From NCBI RefSeq assembly GCF_006345805.1, contig NC_042999.1, forward strand, positions 141,856,001-141,920,000: a stretch of 64,000 nt of DNA. The letters run 5' to 3'. Of the stretch, positions 37,797-51,330 are shown piece by piece. Under the pieces are notes generated by a model. That model searched no databases. It saw only the letters and a list, made by a program, of their open reading frames with translations, and had not been told where the DNA came from. Every line of letters begins with the position of its first letter. The first letter of the stretch is position 1. The stretch is from Octopus sinensis. Lineage: Eukaryota. Position numbers and translations under genes: made by a program.

Positions 37797-40437
37797 TACA
37801 CACATTTATATATATATATATACACACACAAACATACACACATATATATTGAGATTAAAATATTTTTACAGATTGTCTTATGCTGGTATGGAATTTTGTT
37901 GACAATTTACTTTATGTCTGACACTGAATATTAACATGAGGCTAATTCCTGCAATAGGCTCTTAGTTGAATTAGCATGTCTGAAATGACTAAAAAGATGC
38001 TGTATTACAGCTCCACCCAATCTATGTTAGAATGTAAGTAAATATTAAATCACACTGTGATAATTTTGCCATCTATGAATTGAAAATGAATAAAGTACCA
38101 AATTGTTGAATTTCTGATTCTAAGTTTTATATTTGTTGCATGTTTTGTTATATTCTCTTATCTACATGTATTTTATGCTTTGTGTCAAATTAAGAAAAAT
38201 ATCACTTTCAGAGCTAACATGGATAAAAAAAATACTTAAGTGACCCTACTCATCTACACTGAGGAAGTTCTGGAACCAACCTGCCAGCTGCAATCTTTCC
38301 CTTACAAATCAAAATTCTAGTAAACTTCATAAAATCAATTCTAAATAGGTACCATGAAAAGATGTAGCTGGTTGCTTGCTATAAGCAAAACTTATACTCT
38401 CCAATTGAATCTTTCATCAACTTGCAATACTAAGTTCAATTACTCTCATGTGCTTGCATTGGCCAAGGTAAGATCATTTTAAGAAATCCATGGTCAATCA
38501 TAATTCTTCCACTATACTAACATGGATTGGATACTTATTTCTGTGCACATATTGAATTTCGTATCTTTTCTACATACTTCTTCTTGGTCTTATTTCAGAA
38601 CTTAAATCAGAAAAATTGAATTATTTTGTGGACCTTAAGTGACTTTCCATCCTCAATTTACACGACATTTCATCTTCCTGCATCCAGAACTTCTCTATTT
38701 TCAACAAGTCTTCCAAATAATAACTTTTAGTTCATGGTTTACCTATTCTTCTGGTTACATGTCAGAAATTCCATTACACCATTTCTGTATCCAGAAGGAC
38801 TATGTTCATTTTAGTCTTTGAAGAAAAGCCCAAAATTAGCATGGAAACATTAAAAGTTTGGGGGTGAATAAAAAGCATGAAGCCTACCATGACAAGACTA
38901 AATGAATGCTAGGATTATTTATTCTCCTCTAAATACTTCTTTCCATATTCCAGGTACAAACCTAAACTTGTATTCCATTCCATGCAAAGATTTTATGTAT
39001 GAATTTTACTCTCTGCTAAATGATTAGAAACTATTCCAGTTCGTTTGTGCACTATTGAAATAATTAACAATTTCACAAAATTATTACAAGCTCTCTATAA
39101 ATTGATATTAATTTTTTTTTAAGTGACACAAGGACTTAGTAAATGCTCAAACTCTTTCTGTAATTTCAAAGCATATTTAGAGAAAAGGGATGTGTCCTAA
39201 AGATTCCAGTACTTTTCAAACAATAATAAAAACAATAACCCTACTTGGTTAAACTAACGTAGTCCATTTTGCGTAAGAAATACGTAGAATTTGAATGTTT
39301 GATGTATATTGAGATGATCACTTTATATTATTTTTTACTGAAATAAAAATTAAGTACAGAACAAGTTCATACCTTGCAACTTTTATACATTGCTCACACA
39401 GCTAACATACAATGAATAACATTGTAAACCTCAAAACGCAGTAGGGCTTAAAAAACGTTTAGAATACAATTTTAAAATAATTTTCCCTTTTCTTTATTAA
39501 AAATTCATTTTCAAAAAAATATTGGGAGATATATGTATATAAAGGCATAGAATTGCATTTAAACAAATTTCGATATAAAGTTATGGGAATTTAATTACAT
39601 GTATATCTAATTAGTAAATGCCTTTACATTATTGCAATAATTTGGCTGCATTTTTGTGGTGGTCTTCTGGTCTGATTTTATAATAGGAAAATCCACAATT
39701 GTTTTAAAACAAAAATGAAAGAACAAGTTCACCATTCATTGTCATGGGGTTGAAACTTTCACTCGACCCTCCCCTTAACTGGAAGAAATCTAAGGCACAT
39801 GTGAATAATGTGAGAAAATCTATAAACAGACTTTCTTTTGATTATTTGATAAACACAGATGGTGCAAATTTAAAAACGTATGTGTTCATACACACACACA
39901 CACACACACATAATATATATATATATATATATACATACATACATACGTGTGCGTGTGTCAAATCAATTTTTTTTCTCCTTTTAACTAATAGAAGCCCATA
40001 TATTCAAAAGTAAAAATTATTTCTTACTCTTCCACATCCTGCCATAGTTGAAAATTTCCCAAGATCGATTCCGACCCATGCGTCCATTAAATCACAGATT
40101 AAGAAGTTTTGCACAGATGCTATTTCAGTAATGGAAGCAATATTCCTTTCTTCATCACACAACAAATTAGTTTTGTTCTTGGTTATTTGAAGTTGTTATC
40201 GTTTTCGTTAACTTGGTATAGTAAGTAAGTAGAGGCATAACATGCTTGGATGTGTGCGCTCATTTGAATTTCAGCGTGCGTGCATGTTATGAACTTCGTG
40301 TGTACATGTTTAAAATTTGTCGATTCTTAAAATGATTTCGTAATAATATTACCAACACGGGTCAACATTTGGAAATCTTTCATCACAAACTTAGTAAACG
40401 AAAAAGTTTGGTGTTTTGCCTTTCGTTTTCATCTTTG

Positions 40438-40830
40438 TCATTGTAGATCGTCCTTCTCAGAGACCTGTTCTTGTTGTTCCTGTACTTTTTGTAGTTTGGA
40501 GAGAAGAACATCGCCAAAAGAATTTCGGTACTCGGGACTGACGTTGTCCAAGAGGCTGTAGATGGTCTCAAAATATTTGCCATTACTGACATTATCAAGG
40601 CTATCGAAATCATGACCGACTATTTGAAAACCTTCTGTAGAAAGTTGTACGCAATACTTTTGGTTTTCTTTCGTGCGTAGATTGAGATAGATCAAGTTAT
40701 CGGCCGAGGGAAGGACATCTGAAAGCTGCACACATTTCACAGCATAAGCGATTTCATTTACAACCGACTCTGCCTCAATTTTTAGAGTATATTCCTCGTC
40801 GTCGCACAGAGTGGAATCGGTGTCTGCCAT
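40438..40830 (-). CDS. GSKIP: GSK3-beta interacting protein (DUF727 family), 130 aa, intronless CDS
   Basis: EAESVVNEIAYAV..YLNLRTKENQKYCVQLSTEGFQIVG..FETIYSLLDNVSPEYRNSFGDVLLSKL aligns motif-by-motif with vertebrate GSKIP as recalled. Confidence 0.93.
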   Translation of the reverse strand: MADTDSTLCDDEEYTLKIEAESVVNEIAYAVKCVQLSDVLPSADNLIYLNLRTKENQKYCVQLSTEGFQIVGHDFDSLDNVSNGKYFETIYSLLDNVSPEYRNSFGDVLLSKLQKVQEQQEQVSEKDDLQ

Positions 40831-41180
40831 TGTAACAGATAAGATTGTTTTGGCGTTTTAGAAATTGATAGAGATTCTTTTGAGTTAATTTCGTTTAGTT
40901 TAGTAAAATCACAGACTGGTTAAAAACTTTGGAAAAGTGTTTGTCGAGTCAATAAAATCTCCAAGATCACAGAATTTAAAACTTTTTTAAGGAATTATAT
41001 GACATAAAAAATTAGATATGCTAAGAAAGTTAATAAAAGTATGAGACAGCCTCAACTCAAACGAATTTTTTTCTGTCTGACTCAATGAATGTGTGACGTC
41101 ATGTTTACATTTCTTACCCTCTTCCTGGCGGTATTATCTATCACTACCACCATTCTGGAGGACAGTGGAAATTCCTCGCG
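40831..41180. promoter_or_regulatory. Putative bidirectional promoter between GSKIP and the THAP/CG-1-like gene
   Basis: Divergent ATGs 350 bp apart in a CpG-richer region; TGACTCA (41078-41084) and TGACGTCA (41094-41101). Confidence 0.7.
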
Positions 41181-41400
41181 ATGGTTAACTTTTGTGCTGT
41201 TAACGGCTGTTCAAGTCGTGCAGATCGCGATAGAGCTAACTCATTTTACCGTTTGCCAGCCATTATCACTAACCAAGGAGAAGAAACTAGAGAAAGATCG
41301 CGAAAACGTCGCGAACAATGGATAGCTAATATTAATCGACCAGATTTAAAAGAGACCAGTTATGCATATGTCCGGGTGTGCTCAGATCATTTCATATCCG
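41181..41400 (+). CDS. THAP/CG-1-like gene exon 1: most of the THAP domain
   Basis: MVNFCAVNGC..FYRLP..REQW..RVCSDHFIS; phase-1 donor CCG|GTAAGA at 41401. Confidence 0.9.
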
Positions 41401-42679
41401 GTAAGATGGAATCATAATTATGCAATACTCAATACTCTGTTGTTGTTATTGTTTCAATCGTTATCTTCCAAAACGAATTCTTTGTTTTTATCAGTAGTCG
41501 TGGAGGGAGAAATCAACGAGAGTCAGACATGTTGGATTCCCATATTATTGTGGTAGTTTTGTATAAATTCTAGCTTGAAACAGTTTATATCCACTGTGAC
41601 GTTCTGCTTGGAATAAGGATTATAATTGTTTATAAAATTCGGTTCTAAATGATTAGTAAAGAAAAGTTGTCAACTCACGAAAAGAACCGGCTCTTTCAGT
41701 TATGCCTCCATTCCTCCACCGTATACTATTAGCTCTGACAGTGCCTCGCTGACAACATCGTAAGCATGTGTATGTCGACCTATTTCATGGAATGTATTAA
41801 CCTCATAACAGAATTTGTTCGATGCTGCCTCAGAATATTTATTTTATCGAGTTGGTAGTAACAACAACTGTTATTATAGCTGTTATATCAAAATACATAG
41901 AACTGAACAAATATTAACTATTCAATGAACATGTTTTAACTAGCCGAGCTATAAAAATTGCGATTCCATTGATAAAATATTGTTGTTATGAACATGCTTG
42001 TTACCTTAGTAATTAATTCGGTGTGAATTGTGTATATTTTCGTTAAATATTCAGTATGATCATTATCTTTTCCTTGATTAGATTTAAATAATTCCACGAC
42101 TTAGGTAAATGTCAGTTCTTAACTCAGAATATGTTAACATTAGCACGTTGTTTATATATTATATAATAGTCTTTTATTTCTTCGATTGTTCTTCTAGCTC
42201 TGATAATTGATGTAAATATTCTGTAGAACCAACTGAGTGCCAAGGTAATCAGAAATGGTCGGTCACTTCACGTATTCCATTGTTTGCCTCTCTGAGATAC
42301 AATGGTAAACATAGTGGGAGCAGCAGAACACGCTGCCACTTGTCTCGATATTCTTGTCATGCGATATCATGTAATTCGTTTGAAGTTAGTTGGTGCTGTA
42401 TATAATATAAAGATTATATATATATTTGTGTGTGTGTATGTATATAAAACAAGAAGATAAAGAGAAAGATAAAGAATTTTTTTATAACAGATAGCACTAC
42501 ACAGAAAGTTTTTAAAATATACACAAAAAACAGGTCGTGATTAATTCATAAAATATAAACACAGAAGTCAACGTACGTGAATAAATAACAACACTAGCTT
42601 TGTTGTATAATGCGATAAGCATTTATTTGTTTACAAACAAACATTCATGATTCTTTAAGATCTATACTTGTTTAATCTT

Positions 42680-43350
42680 ATGTCAGCACTGATTACACAG
42701 ACCTCAGATCAAAGTATTCCATCCATGGCTATTCTGTCTTTTTAGAGGGGTGTGTTATAAATGACTACATTGTCGAAAGTATCCAAATATCCTTGTTTTA
42801 AGACAGTGATGTATTATTTGAGGAGATTTGCTATTTCTAGCAGGGTAAGCAACCATATAGATACTTCCTCGACGGTCCGATATATAGGAGTTGTCGTTTA
42901 GCCACTGGATGGCCCTTATCAAACAATCCTGTGATTAAAGACATTCCAGTCGTGACTATCCCACCTTTTCCCTATATACGGGGAACCTAAGACCATATCC
43001 AAAGTGTCATTTTGTAAGACAATAGTGTATGATTTGAGGGGAGTTTGGCTACTATTTCCACCGCTTTGAACGATCGCTTAGAGGCTCCTTCGTTGACTCG
43101 ACTCGATTTACAGTTATTGTTGTCGGTATCTTTGATGAACAGGGGGACAAAAAGACACACCTTTTTGTTGCACCTATACTTTTTTTTTATAGTTTTTCAT
43201 ACTGTAGTAGTTCTTTATTAACCATGATCGAACAGACCCATTACCAGAAGAATTTCATCCATAATTACCCCGACTTTATTGGGGTACTTGAGACTACGTT
43301 AGGACTGTAAGGTGTGATTTTGTTTCTATTTCTAGCAGATCAAAGTCAAA
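42680..43350 (+). repeat. Three diverged tandem copies of an unclassified ~200-250-bp interspersed repeat
   Basis: Recurring gatcaaa..attcca.. and gatttgagg..ctatttctagcag blocks; a reverse copy lies near 28990-29040. Confidence 0.45.
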
Positions 43351-44766
43351 GGACCACCCAGGCATCTATGTTGAATGTTGAATTAAATACGTAACTCCAT
43401 TATTTCAGACCACCTTCATTCTTCAAGTGTTTTATGTTAATTTATTTGTCAACTGCTCTGACTTGTAAAAAGAAGTGACACGGTGGATAGGTAGACTCGT
43501 TAGAGCTTGGGACACAATAATACCGTATTTGGTTACAGCCTTTTACATTTCAAGTTCAAATCCTTTAAGAAGTTTGATTATCTTAAAAGTTCCTTACAGT
43601 TAAAGTAACAACTACAAGTATTTACTTGCAGATCCAAACTGAAATTTAGCTTCAACTAGGATGGAAAGATTTTTCCTTTTCTTGTAGTGTCACTACATCT
43701 GTTTTAGTGTCAGAGCTTTTATCATCAATTTGCTGAATATATTCCATACTTTCCTTTTTAACACTCCAAAACTTTGAGAGTAGTTTTTTTTTGTTGTTGT
43801 TGCACAATTTATCTATCTTCCCGAATGCAGGATTTTTCTCTTTATTTTTTTAGCATGTTGATAACCATAAAATTTGTATTGAGAAAACTTTTTTCATTTT
43901 GCTCAAGTGATAATCATTGGAAACTCTATCTCTACTTTATGATAAATATTAATTCTTAGAATGCAATATCAATTCCTGTAAAGTGAATTTCATGTGTCAA
44001 GGACATATTTCCCAAATGCAGTTATTTCAACATTCTCGATCTTTGAGATATATGATACAGGTAGGCTCTCAATAAGTCTCATTTGTATTAAATCATCTTC
44101 AGTTCCTTAATCAATTCGACCAGGTTTATCAATATCAAAGCCTGTTGCAAAGTTAATGCCACAATCTTATAATGAATTTAAAAGGATTTTTGACAGAGAT
44201 ATAAACCTAGTGTCAGTGATAAACTTCTATTTTGGATTCACACTATGCACTATCATTTCCTCTATTCACTGAAACTCATCCATCAGCTACTTCAGATGAA
44301 CCATTAGTAACATTAGCCTACCTACTGATCATTAATAATTATCTCCTTGATACCGCCACACTCCTTACTATCATTTGATTTCTTTGCTTTCAAGGTTACT
44401 GTAATGCATCTTAACCATGTTTCAACAAGTTCAAGATCAGTCAGTACCAATGCAGAGCTTGCCAATGACACCATTGTTATGATGTAAGATATAACAATAA
44501 ATAGTCTGATAAAGAACGTATTTATTTAACAGGTAACATACAATATGTAAATAAAGGTTCAAAGTGGCATGTACAAATTTGTCACAGTAACTGCAATAGG
44601 AATCAAGCTATAATCCATCTAGTCTTCTCACTTGTATAGCATTGACTGTTTCATTAAAATATCTTGCTATTATATCAGAAGAGGAGCTTATTCACCATTA
44701 TCATTTTATGTTGACTCTTGCTTTACCTATTTTGTACATAGTTTATACAACTCACAAAGTTTACAC

Positions 44767-45041
44767 CAGGCCTAGCCAACTCGAATTACATTGTGGGCCA
44801 CTTTAATCACAGAAAGATTTTTAGGGCTGCGTGTATACTTTATGCTATTATTACAATGACAAATAAATGATTGTTGATTCAACATGAAATATCGTTGCAA
44901 AAACAGTAGTATCTTTCTTCAATTTTTGATAAAATTTTTAAAATGTTTAAATAAACCTATTTCAAGAAAGTATCAAGTGGGCTGCAAAATAAAAATCTGC
45001 GGGTCGCATGTGGCCCACAGGCCTCAGGTTGGCCAACTCTG
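44767..45041. mobile_element. hAT-Charlie-type MITE
   Basis: Termini caggcctagccaac / gttggccaactctg, GGCCC-rich subterminal motifs, TSD gtttacac / gtctacac. Confidence 0.8.
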
Positions 45042-46069
45042 GTCTACACCTAGTTCTCTTAATGAGTCATTTGTCTACACTTAATTTCTTTAGTAAATTA
45101 GTTTCATTAGTGAAATGTAATGTGAAACTAATAGTTTTGTATTTTATATTCCATACTGAGAATTTCATATTTCTCTATAACTCTAGTTTCTGTCTAACCA
45201 GTACAGGTACTAGAATCAATAATGTTGACTATAATCATCTGTCTCCTTCTTAACTTTCCCTTTAAACTTGCACTAAGAGAGAGAGAAAAAGGATAAGGCA
45301 AAGAGTGAGACAGAAGAAAAGAGAGAAGCATCCATGAGGTGAGGTAGGGGGAATGTAATGATTTTAGCAGAGAGAGAGGGGTGAGGAGGGAGAGACAGAG
45401 AGATATGAGGAGGAAGAGAGAGAGAGAGAAATGTGAGTAGGGAGAGAGAGAGATGTTGTGGTGGAGATGGAGTTGGAAGTGGTGGTGGTGATTAGATAGT
45501 GAAAAGGGTATTTTGTAAAAATTGAATTATGTTTTTTATATCAACTATCACTTAATGCATGCACATATGTGCAATTCTGTGAAATATTCAAGCTTATTTG
45601 TGTGGCAGATATATGCAATCTAACTAAAGGTTGTATCATATGTATGGGATTTCTTTTTTGCTTTTGGGAAAAATGGAAAAATAAGAGTGAATATTTATTT
45701 TATGAGTGCTGTATATTAAGTCTACAAAACTAGGCATAATGTATATAAAGTGCATTAAGTAATCATTGTATTCCAATTTCTTTCACTTTCCAATGAGTAA
45801 CAGATGAGCGACTATCTTTCCATACAGACACAACACAGGCTATGCTTTCAGGTTTTTTTGGATAAAGTTTTCAGAAATAACCCAATGATTTTACCATTAA
45901 TTCCATGAAATATTCATGTGTCCCGCTAGATATAAGTAATTATCAATGATTTTAGCTTACTACATTAGTGTCTTGTTAAGAAATAAAACAGTGGAATATC
46001 TGACACACCATACTAAAGAAAATATTTTACAATTCTCACATATGACAAAATTTTGTTTCTGTGCTTCCT

Positions 46070-46440
46070 TTAGCTAGCTTTGCAACCATGTGACCTTGTG
46101 TTCAGCCCCACTGCACTGCACCTTGTGCGACTGTCTTCTACTATAGCCCTAGGCCAAGCAAAGTCTTATGAATAGATTTGGTAGATGGAAACTGAAAGAA
46201 GACTGTGGTCTGTATAAATGTATATATCTGTGTGTTTGTCTCTCCAGCAGCACTTGACAGCCAATGATGGTTTGTTTACATCTCTGTAACTTAGCAGGTC
46301 AGCAAAAGAAACTGATAGAATAAGTACCAGGCTTTAAAAAAAAAAATAAACACTGGGGTCAATTTGTTTGACTAAATCCATCAAGATAGTACTCCAGCAT
46401 GGCCACAGTTTGGTGACTGAAACAATTAGAAGATAAAAAA
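46070..46440 (+). mobile_element. Near full-length tRNA-type SINE
   Basis: 5' half matches 57327-57476 and 3' half matches 60152-60362. Confidence 0.7.
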
Positions 46441-47293
46441 AAAGGTGTATATACATAACACACTTCTGCACAGTTTCTGTCTACCAAATTCTGTTCAGAA
46501 GTTTAGCTCAAGGTACTGTGCAATGGGATCAAATCTAGACTCCTAGTTTAAAGTTTCTTAAAACCACACAGCTATTTTGTCTTTTGTCAAAAAGTTCCTT
46601 ATACCATCATCATTGCTCATACTCCTTGAAATTGATGTCTTTATTCATAGTACACATGAACTTTGACCTTTAGTTTTAATGTCCCTTGCAAGCTTTACCT
46701 GTCATATGATGTTTTGTGGTGCCTAGCAACCAATTTATTATATATTTATCAGTTGTTCAAACATGTCTAAATCTAGCTATCATTCTATCTGTGTCTCTTC
46801 TACTTAAATTCTATTCTTTGATTTCTCTCTATTGACTGTCTCAACCACTGTTGCTGTTTCTACCTTTTTTTCTTAACTCTCATATTTCTTCTTTCTAGTT
46901 CAGCCTCCTTTTTCTTTCCACTCTGGGAATTCTATATTTTGGTTGAACTGGTTGGACTACTGCTCAGCTCTGTCTCTTAACAGCTGAGGTTTTACTTATC
47001 GGCTGTAGAGATTACTTTAAATTTCTTTGGTGAATGCTTTTTGTAAAATCAAAGACCTTAACTGCTGGGAATAAGTTACATGTTTACTCTTTGAAACTGG
47101 AATAATGTAGTATGATAGATATGGGGAATATATACAAAACTCTTGTTTCAACCTTTGGCATAAAAGAGAAAAATACAAAAGGAATGGGAGGTACTTTCAA
47201 ATCCAAACACTTCTATTGCATCAGAAACATATACAGCAACAGTGTGGCATTTAAAGACCAGCAAGTGTACAATTGCCTTACAAATGGTTTATA

Positions 47294-48020
47294 CAAGGGG
47301 TTACCTAAAAGTAACTGGAAACGTTCTCTGTGGGACAAGCCCATTGTAGTTCATGCTTCCACCACTAGAAGACACTTGATGGAACCCTCAGGTATCAGTC
47401 TGCTGACCAGCAGCAGCATGTTGAGTCATATTGCCATGCGGTATGTCTTTGTTTTGCAGTGCTTCTCCCCTGTTCATCGATTTTTGCAATAGCTGAAATG
47501 AAGGGACAACGTGCTTCTATGAAATTTGTTTTCTGCCAGGGAAAATGGCAGCTGAAACAGTTGTCATGCTTCAAACAGCTTACAAAGATACTGCCATGAG
47601 CAAAACACAAATTTACAAGTGGTTTTCACACTTTAGGAATGGTCATTTGTTGCTTGAAGACCAACCTCATTCAGGGCGACTATTGACCTCTCAAACAATT
47701 GATGAACTTGTTGATATGACAGGTATGTCCTGGAGCACCTGCCAATGAATTTTGAGTGAAGAATTGTGAATGAAAAGAGTTGAAGCAAAATTTATGCATC
47801 ACTTGCTCATGGAAGATCAAAAGCAGTCATGACTGAATGCATGTCATGAACTGAAAGAACAGTTGGAAGTTGATCTGGACCTTTTTATGAAGATCATCAC
47901 TGGTGACAAAAGCTGGTGCTATGGCTACAACCCAGAAACGAAGCAGCAATCCAGTCAATGAAAGCATCAAGTGAAGTCCAGTGTCAAAACAATGCTGATT
48001 TGTTTCATCGACGTCAATAA
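47294..48020 (+). pseudogene. Mariner transposon relic (5' TIR plus disrupted transposase, 3' part lost)
   Basis: TA|CAAGGGG..AAAAGTAACTGGAA TIR; AETVVMLQTAY..IYKWFSHFRNG..LEDQPHSGR and IITGDKSWCYGYNPETKQQSSQ motifs with stops. Confidence 0.85.
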
Positions 48021-48059
48021 ATTCATGTTTGTGAATGTATATGCATCCTTATATTTATG

Positions 48060-48420
48060 TATATATATGAGCAGGCTTTGGACTAGTGCCTTCTGATATA
48101 ACCTTGGGCTAACCAAAGCCTTGTGAGTGAATTTGATTGATGGAAACTGAAAGAAGCTTGTCATGTACTTATATGTATATATATGTGTGTATTTGTGAAT
48201 CCTTGTCTTGACATTGGATTAAAGTTATAAGCAAGCATCACTGTCATACAAGCAGTGCCATTTGCTTCCAATCTTTTATGAAAACATGTCCAGCATTGGT
48301 AAAATATTACCTTGTTTAGAAACAGGTGAATGTTAGTGACAGGTAGGTCTCTACCTATTGAAAATCTGCCTTGATAAATTCCATCTGACCCATACAAATA
48401 TGGAAAAATGGAAGTTTAAA
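48060..48420. mobile_element. SINE fragment followed by a LINE-tail-like end
   Basis: accaaagccttgtgagtgaatttg..gaaactgaaagaag core, then ccatctgacccatac..atggaaaaatggaagtttaa. Confidence 0.55.
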
Positions 48421-49367
48421 TTGATAGTAGTAGCAGCTGTTGCCTGATGGATGTGTGTATGTGTGTGTATTAAGTTTATTTTAAAATTTGTGACCTAATT
48501 TCCTGCATACAGAAAATGCTGTTTTAAACTGAAACTATATATTTTTATTTTAAAACTTCTTTGTACACAAATTTTTTTGTTTCTTTTCATACTATGAATA
48601 TATCCAAACCTAAAAAAAAACCTTTCTGATACCCTAGATAAGCAACATATATTTCACCATGTAAGGACACTGACTTTTGTTAAATCAGTGCAATTTTTTT
48701 AAAATGTTAGTCTTTGTAATTTATTTATAGTTATTACCATTGTTATTTAATTGGATACCATTTTCTTATTTCTGTAAATGCAAACTTGTCACCTCCAGAA
48801 GAAAGGTCAACTATTGGAATAAACATATAATTCTTGGGCCAAGAACACTTTCTTTTTGTTTGATAACTTTCATTCTAATTTTCTGAATAACTAAATAAGT
48901 GCCATTACACATCATATTTACTTGGCCAAGTAGTGTATTGCTCAATGACTGCAGCCTTATTTTTTAGCTTTAATAGCTGCATGATACATTAACCCATTAG
49001 CATTTAATCCAGCTGTATCTGGCTCAAATATTCTTCCTATTTTATGTTCAAACTGGCTCGATCCAGCCTCTCACACCTACAAAGCATTTGTCATTCTAAA
49101 CATAAACAGTAAACTTGCTGAAATCTGAAAGCTACAAGATAATGCATGATTAATTCAAAATAATGTGAATAAATAAGCATTATATATAACAGAATAATCC
49201 AAATGCTCAATAATTAGAAATATTTAAATATTCTTGTGTAAATTCAAAAAGTTCATAATGATCTCAACATTTATTATAACTGAACAATATTGTTTTATAT
49301 CCTCGAAACTAATTTCATATTGATTAAATCAACATTATTTGAAGCTAAAATCACAGTTTTTGTAAAA

Positions 49368-49631
49368 CATGGTTTGTTTCATAGTTTACAGAATCATTTG
49401 GGGGATATAACTTTCGCAAGCCAGGAGGAGGTCAAAACTGACATTTCAGAGTTCTTCACTTTGGAAACAAAAGAGTTTTACATTGATCAGATTAAAAAGC
49501 TTGTAAATAGATGGAAGGAAGTCATAGATAATCAGGGAAAGTACATTGATGATTAAATTTCAATTAAATATAACATGTGATCACTAGTTTTCTTTATTCA
49601 AAATTCGGACTGAACTTATGAGATGACCTGA
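49368..49631 (+). mobile_element. 3' fragment with right TIR of the mariner family at 53730-54984
   Basis: Near-identical to about 54724-54984; ends gatgacctga|TA. Confidence 0.9.
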
Positions 49632-49818
49632 TATTGAGATTATTGTTATTAATGGTAAAGTAGCAGGAGTAGTAATAGTTAAATGTTTGTTTGTATATTT
49701 CTAGCTCAACTGTGTTAAAAAGAAGTATTAATAATAATCTCCTTCTCCTGCACTTCCTTCAGGTTGGGTAACCATGTATTTCCTTCGTGGTAGTGCACCT
49801 GTTTCTATCTTCATTCCT

Positions 49819-49853
<35 letters not shown>

Positions 49854-49974
49854 AGCTAGGTAACCTTGTACTTCCTCTACAGCAAGACACCTATAATCTT
49901 TCATCATCCAACACAAAATCACCTCCTACAATGCTTCTTTCCCTCTTAAATTTTTTTTTTACTTTTTCTTGCAA

Positions 49975-50250
49975 GTACTTGGTGACTCTGTCAGTGCATG
50001 TGCCACTTAAAAGCACCCAGTCCACACTAAAGTGGTTGGTGTTTGGGAGGGTGTCCAGCTATAAAAAACCTTGCCAAAACTGACCTCACCTGTGCTTGTG
50101 CCATGTAAAAGCACTAAGTTCACTCTGCTGAGGGAAAAATCCTGCCAAAACAGTCACAGAAGTCTGGTACAGGCTTCTGCCTGGCCAGCTCTCGTGAAAC
50201 CATCCCACCTATGCTAGCATGGAAGGTGGACGTTAAACGATGAAGAAGAA
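49975..50250 (+). mobile_element. RTE-LINE/SINE 3' tail
   Basis: gtgccacttaaaagcaccca..ccatcccacctatgctagcatggaaggtggacgttaaacgatga. Confidence 0.7.
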
Positions 50251-50319
50251 GAGTTATGGTGAATTCCGACATGGGATTAGCAACAATGAGGCTTTCTGGT
50301 ACTTTTTTGTCTTCCCTAC

Positions 50320-51330
50320 TTGAAGATGTATCAGGATTCAACAACTTGCTGTCCACTTGGAAAATGGTCAGGTTTACTTCACTCAAATAACTGCTGTACA
50401 GCAAGCACTAAGTCTAAGGGACAGTACACTTATAGATTTAAGCTCTGCAAGTTTGATAGCTTTGAAAAACATTGCTGTACCATCAGCGACAACATGCAAT
50501 GAAGACAAAAAAATTAAGGTGCCCTTGTTAAGAGCCAACTGACATAATTTTTTTATTGCACCATTGGAAGGGAGTATACTATAAACAATGAATGCATTGT
50601 TCAAAAACCCTTCTCTTTAAAGTGTGAGGTTCAAGTTCATTTCAAGATTGATGAAAAGTACCAGGCAAAATTTAGATCATCCACAGAGAAACATGTTTAT
50701 ATTTAGATCACTGGAGAATGGTCACAATGGAATGCAACATAAAAGTTTCTGTATTTCAACCAGCCTAGGGTTCCTTTCACCATCCTGTTAGAACATTATG
50801 AACCAGTCAATCTGCTTCAGCTTTGGCTCAAGTATCATGATGACTTTGTCAAAGATTTCAAGCATCAAGCTCAACAGATGCACCTCGGTATGAAAACAGA
50901 ATGAAATCTATCATGTAGATTTCATTGACAAGCTCAAAGGCATAAATGGTCAAAGATTTCAAAAATATGATCTCCCTTGACCTAACTACACTGAAGGAAA
51001 AAGTCTAGCTACAGGAATTTTAAGACACTTCATATAATGTGAACAGTGTGTGTAAATAATAGTGAACACAAACTCACTGTGGAGTAGAGGGCAGTCTACT
51101 ATGGTATTAGGGTTTAGCAATAAGAAACTAAATTTGTTTCCTTTAATGTTATGGTTGCATTGGAAAGATATTCCAGAGCAGTCTATTGTTTGCCAAGTCC
51201 CAAAAGGAACAAAAGCTAATGAAATCTGCATGTCTGTGGCATACTCATCATCATCCTTCAACCAACCTATGCTTGGTCGGAACTCCATTGACAATCCCTC
51301 TCCATACTACATCCTGCATTGCTGTGTTCA
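50320..51330 (+). pseudogene. Degenerate Helitron Rep/Pif1-helicase relic
   Basis: QQLAVHLENGQVYF..RDSTL then frameshifted FKLCKFDSF resembles the Helitron LAVHLENGQRVYF..TL..FF.LC..D.F motif. VPKGTKANEI..LWH..STN resembles the Pif1 V..GT.ADE..ACLK.S.LW..L.TNMR motif. Confidence 0.65.

Noticed and set aside
42227-42244. 18-nt phase 1-1 candidate microexon (EPTECQ) in the THAP intron
   Set aside because: Splice motifs are plausible, but it would interrupt the conserved HF.SGK THAP segment and chance matches are common. Only RNA-seq could rescue it.
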